Positions 63,000 to 64,000 of a stretch of 64,000 bases of DNA are shown here, piece by piece; positions within the stretch are counted from its first letter, which is position 1; each line of letters begins with the position of its first letter. The notes beneath the pieces are model-generated. The model was not told the origin of the DNA, did not search any database, and saw nothing but the letters and a program-made list of their open reading frames with translations. The stretch is taken from assembly GCF_963921235.1 (NCBI RefSeq), contig NC_086109.1:17176001-17240000 (forward strand), written 5' to 3'. Source of the stretch: Mobula hypostoma (Eukaryota). The position numbers and the translations under genes were made by a program.

Positions 63000-64000
63000 C
63001 AATTAAACTAGTGGTGGGGAAAGTTATCTAAATAATTGGAAACTATCACTGGGGCATTTCTGGATTGATAAATGAAAGCTTGGATTGATTTGTTACAGCA
63101 ATTTGTGCCAAACTGAAATGATAGTTTATTTTTAGGTGATGTTACAAGGTGTTGAAATTTTTGGTATACAGTATGTGAATTTCATAAAGGTGTTTGATAA
63201 GGGGCACAAGCTGACCTTGTCATCCAGATTGAAGGCCATGGAATAAAGTGATATGTGGCCGCCTAGGCACGAAGTTTACTGAAGCATCAGGAAACAGAAT
63301 AAACGATTGGTCAGTGAAGTAGTGTCCACAGGGGTCCACACTAGCATCAGTTTTCTTAAACTATATTAATGATTTGGACTTTAGTTTGCAGGGAACAATT
63401 TCTACATTATTTTAGATGACACCAATCTGTAAGCCTAAGAAACTGTAAAGTGGATAGTAATAGAGTTCAAGAAGGCACAGGCAGTCTGGACCATTAACTG
63501 GTGGGTGAAAATTAATGGTGAGAATGTAATTGGTTTCAGTGATGAGAAAAGATCGTTTTAAAAGGAGTTCAACGACGGGATCTGATGTTATGTGTGCATA
63601 GTTTGTTCCAACTAGCAGAATAAGTTCAAAAACATGACTGAGCCTTGTCTTTATAAACAGCAGGACAGAGTAAGGACAGAATAATAAATCTTTCTAAAAT
63701 ATCTGAAGAACAGCAAGACTTTACAAAGGATGGCATGGTCTGCTGAGAGGATCATCGGGGTCTCTCTGCTACCCATCTGAGATATTTATCAGGAGCTCTG
63801 CATATTCAGGGCCCGTAATATTGTCAAGGATCCGTATGATCTGTCCAACAATCTCTTTAACTTCCTACCATTAAGCAGGAGCTAACAGCATTAGGACAAG
63901 TACTGCTAGGATAGGAACCACCTTCTCCAAGCCTTGAGACTACTGAACTCCTGCCACCACCTAGGTCTTGTTACTGTATGTATGAAATGCTGGTACTGTA
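63000..64000 (+). mobile_element. Decayed CR1-like RT fragment followed by a Rex1-type 3' fragment (TMCC2 intron)
   Basis: Degenerate F.K.FDK, YINDLD and DDT motifs, then LQRMAWSAERIIGVSL and tccaagccttgagactactgaac. Confidence 0.55.

Overview
Eukaryotic, repeat-rich vertebrate DNA. The repeat repertoire (CR1, Rex1/Babar, Penelope-like elements, V-SINE-like SINEs, Tc1, hAT) suggests a cartilaginous fish such as a ray or skate; this is an inference. The window holds the 5' ends of two divergently transcribed genes. On the - strand are DSTYK coding exon 1 (33488-33242) and exon 2 (6192-5807), separated by a 27,049-bp phase-1 intron. On the + strand is the first coding exon of TMCC2 (61095-61268). 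This is the same head-to-head order as in human. Each gene has its own CpG-rich promoter, and the DSTYK promoter carries a tandem cluster of ZNF143/Staf-like motifs. Most of the rest is decayed and often nested transposable elements: an IR/DR-type DD34E Tc1 element, a decayed Gypsy LTR element, a probable solo LTR, hAT and Tigger-like non-autonomous elements, and CR1, L1, Rex1 and Penelope fragments. The most interesting hidden signal is a dispersed family of Penelope-derived repeats carrying minimal type-I hammerhead ribozyme motifs (CUGAnGA...GAAAcGUH) on both strands, several arranged as long hairpins inside DSTYK intron 1. Nearly all short ORFs in the supplied track are spurious or TE remnants. 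Gene names come from my recall of the human proteins, not from a database search, and most TE boundaries are approximate.
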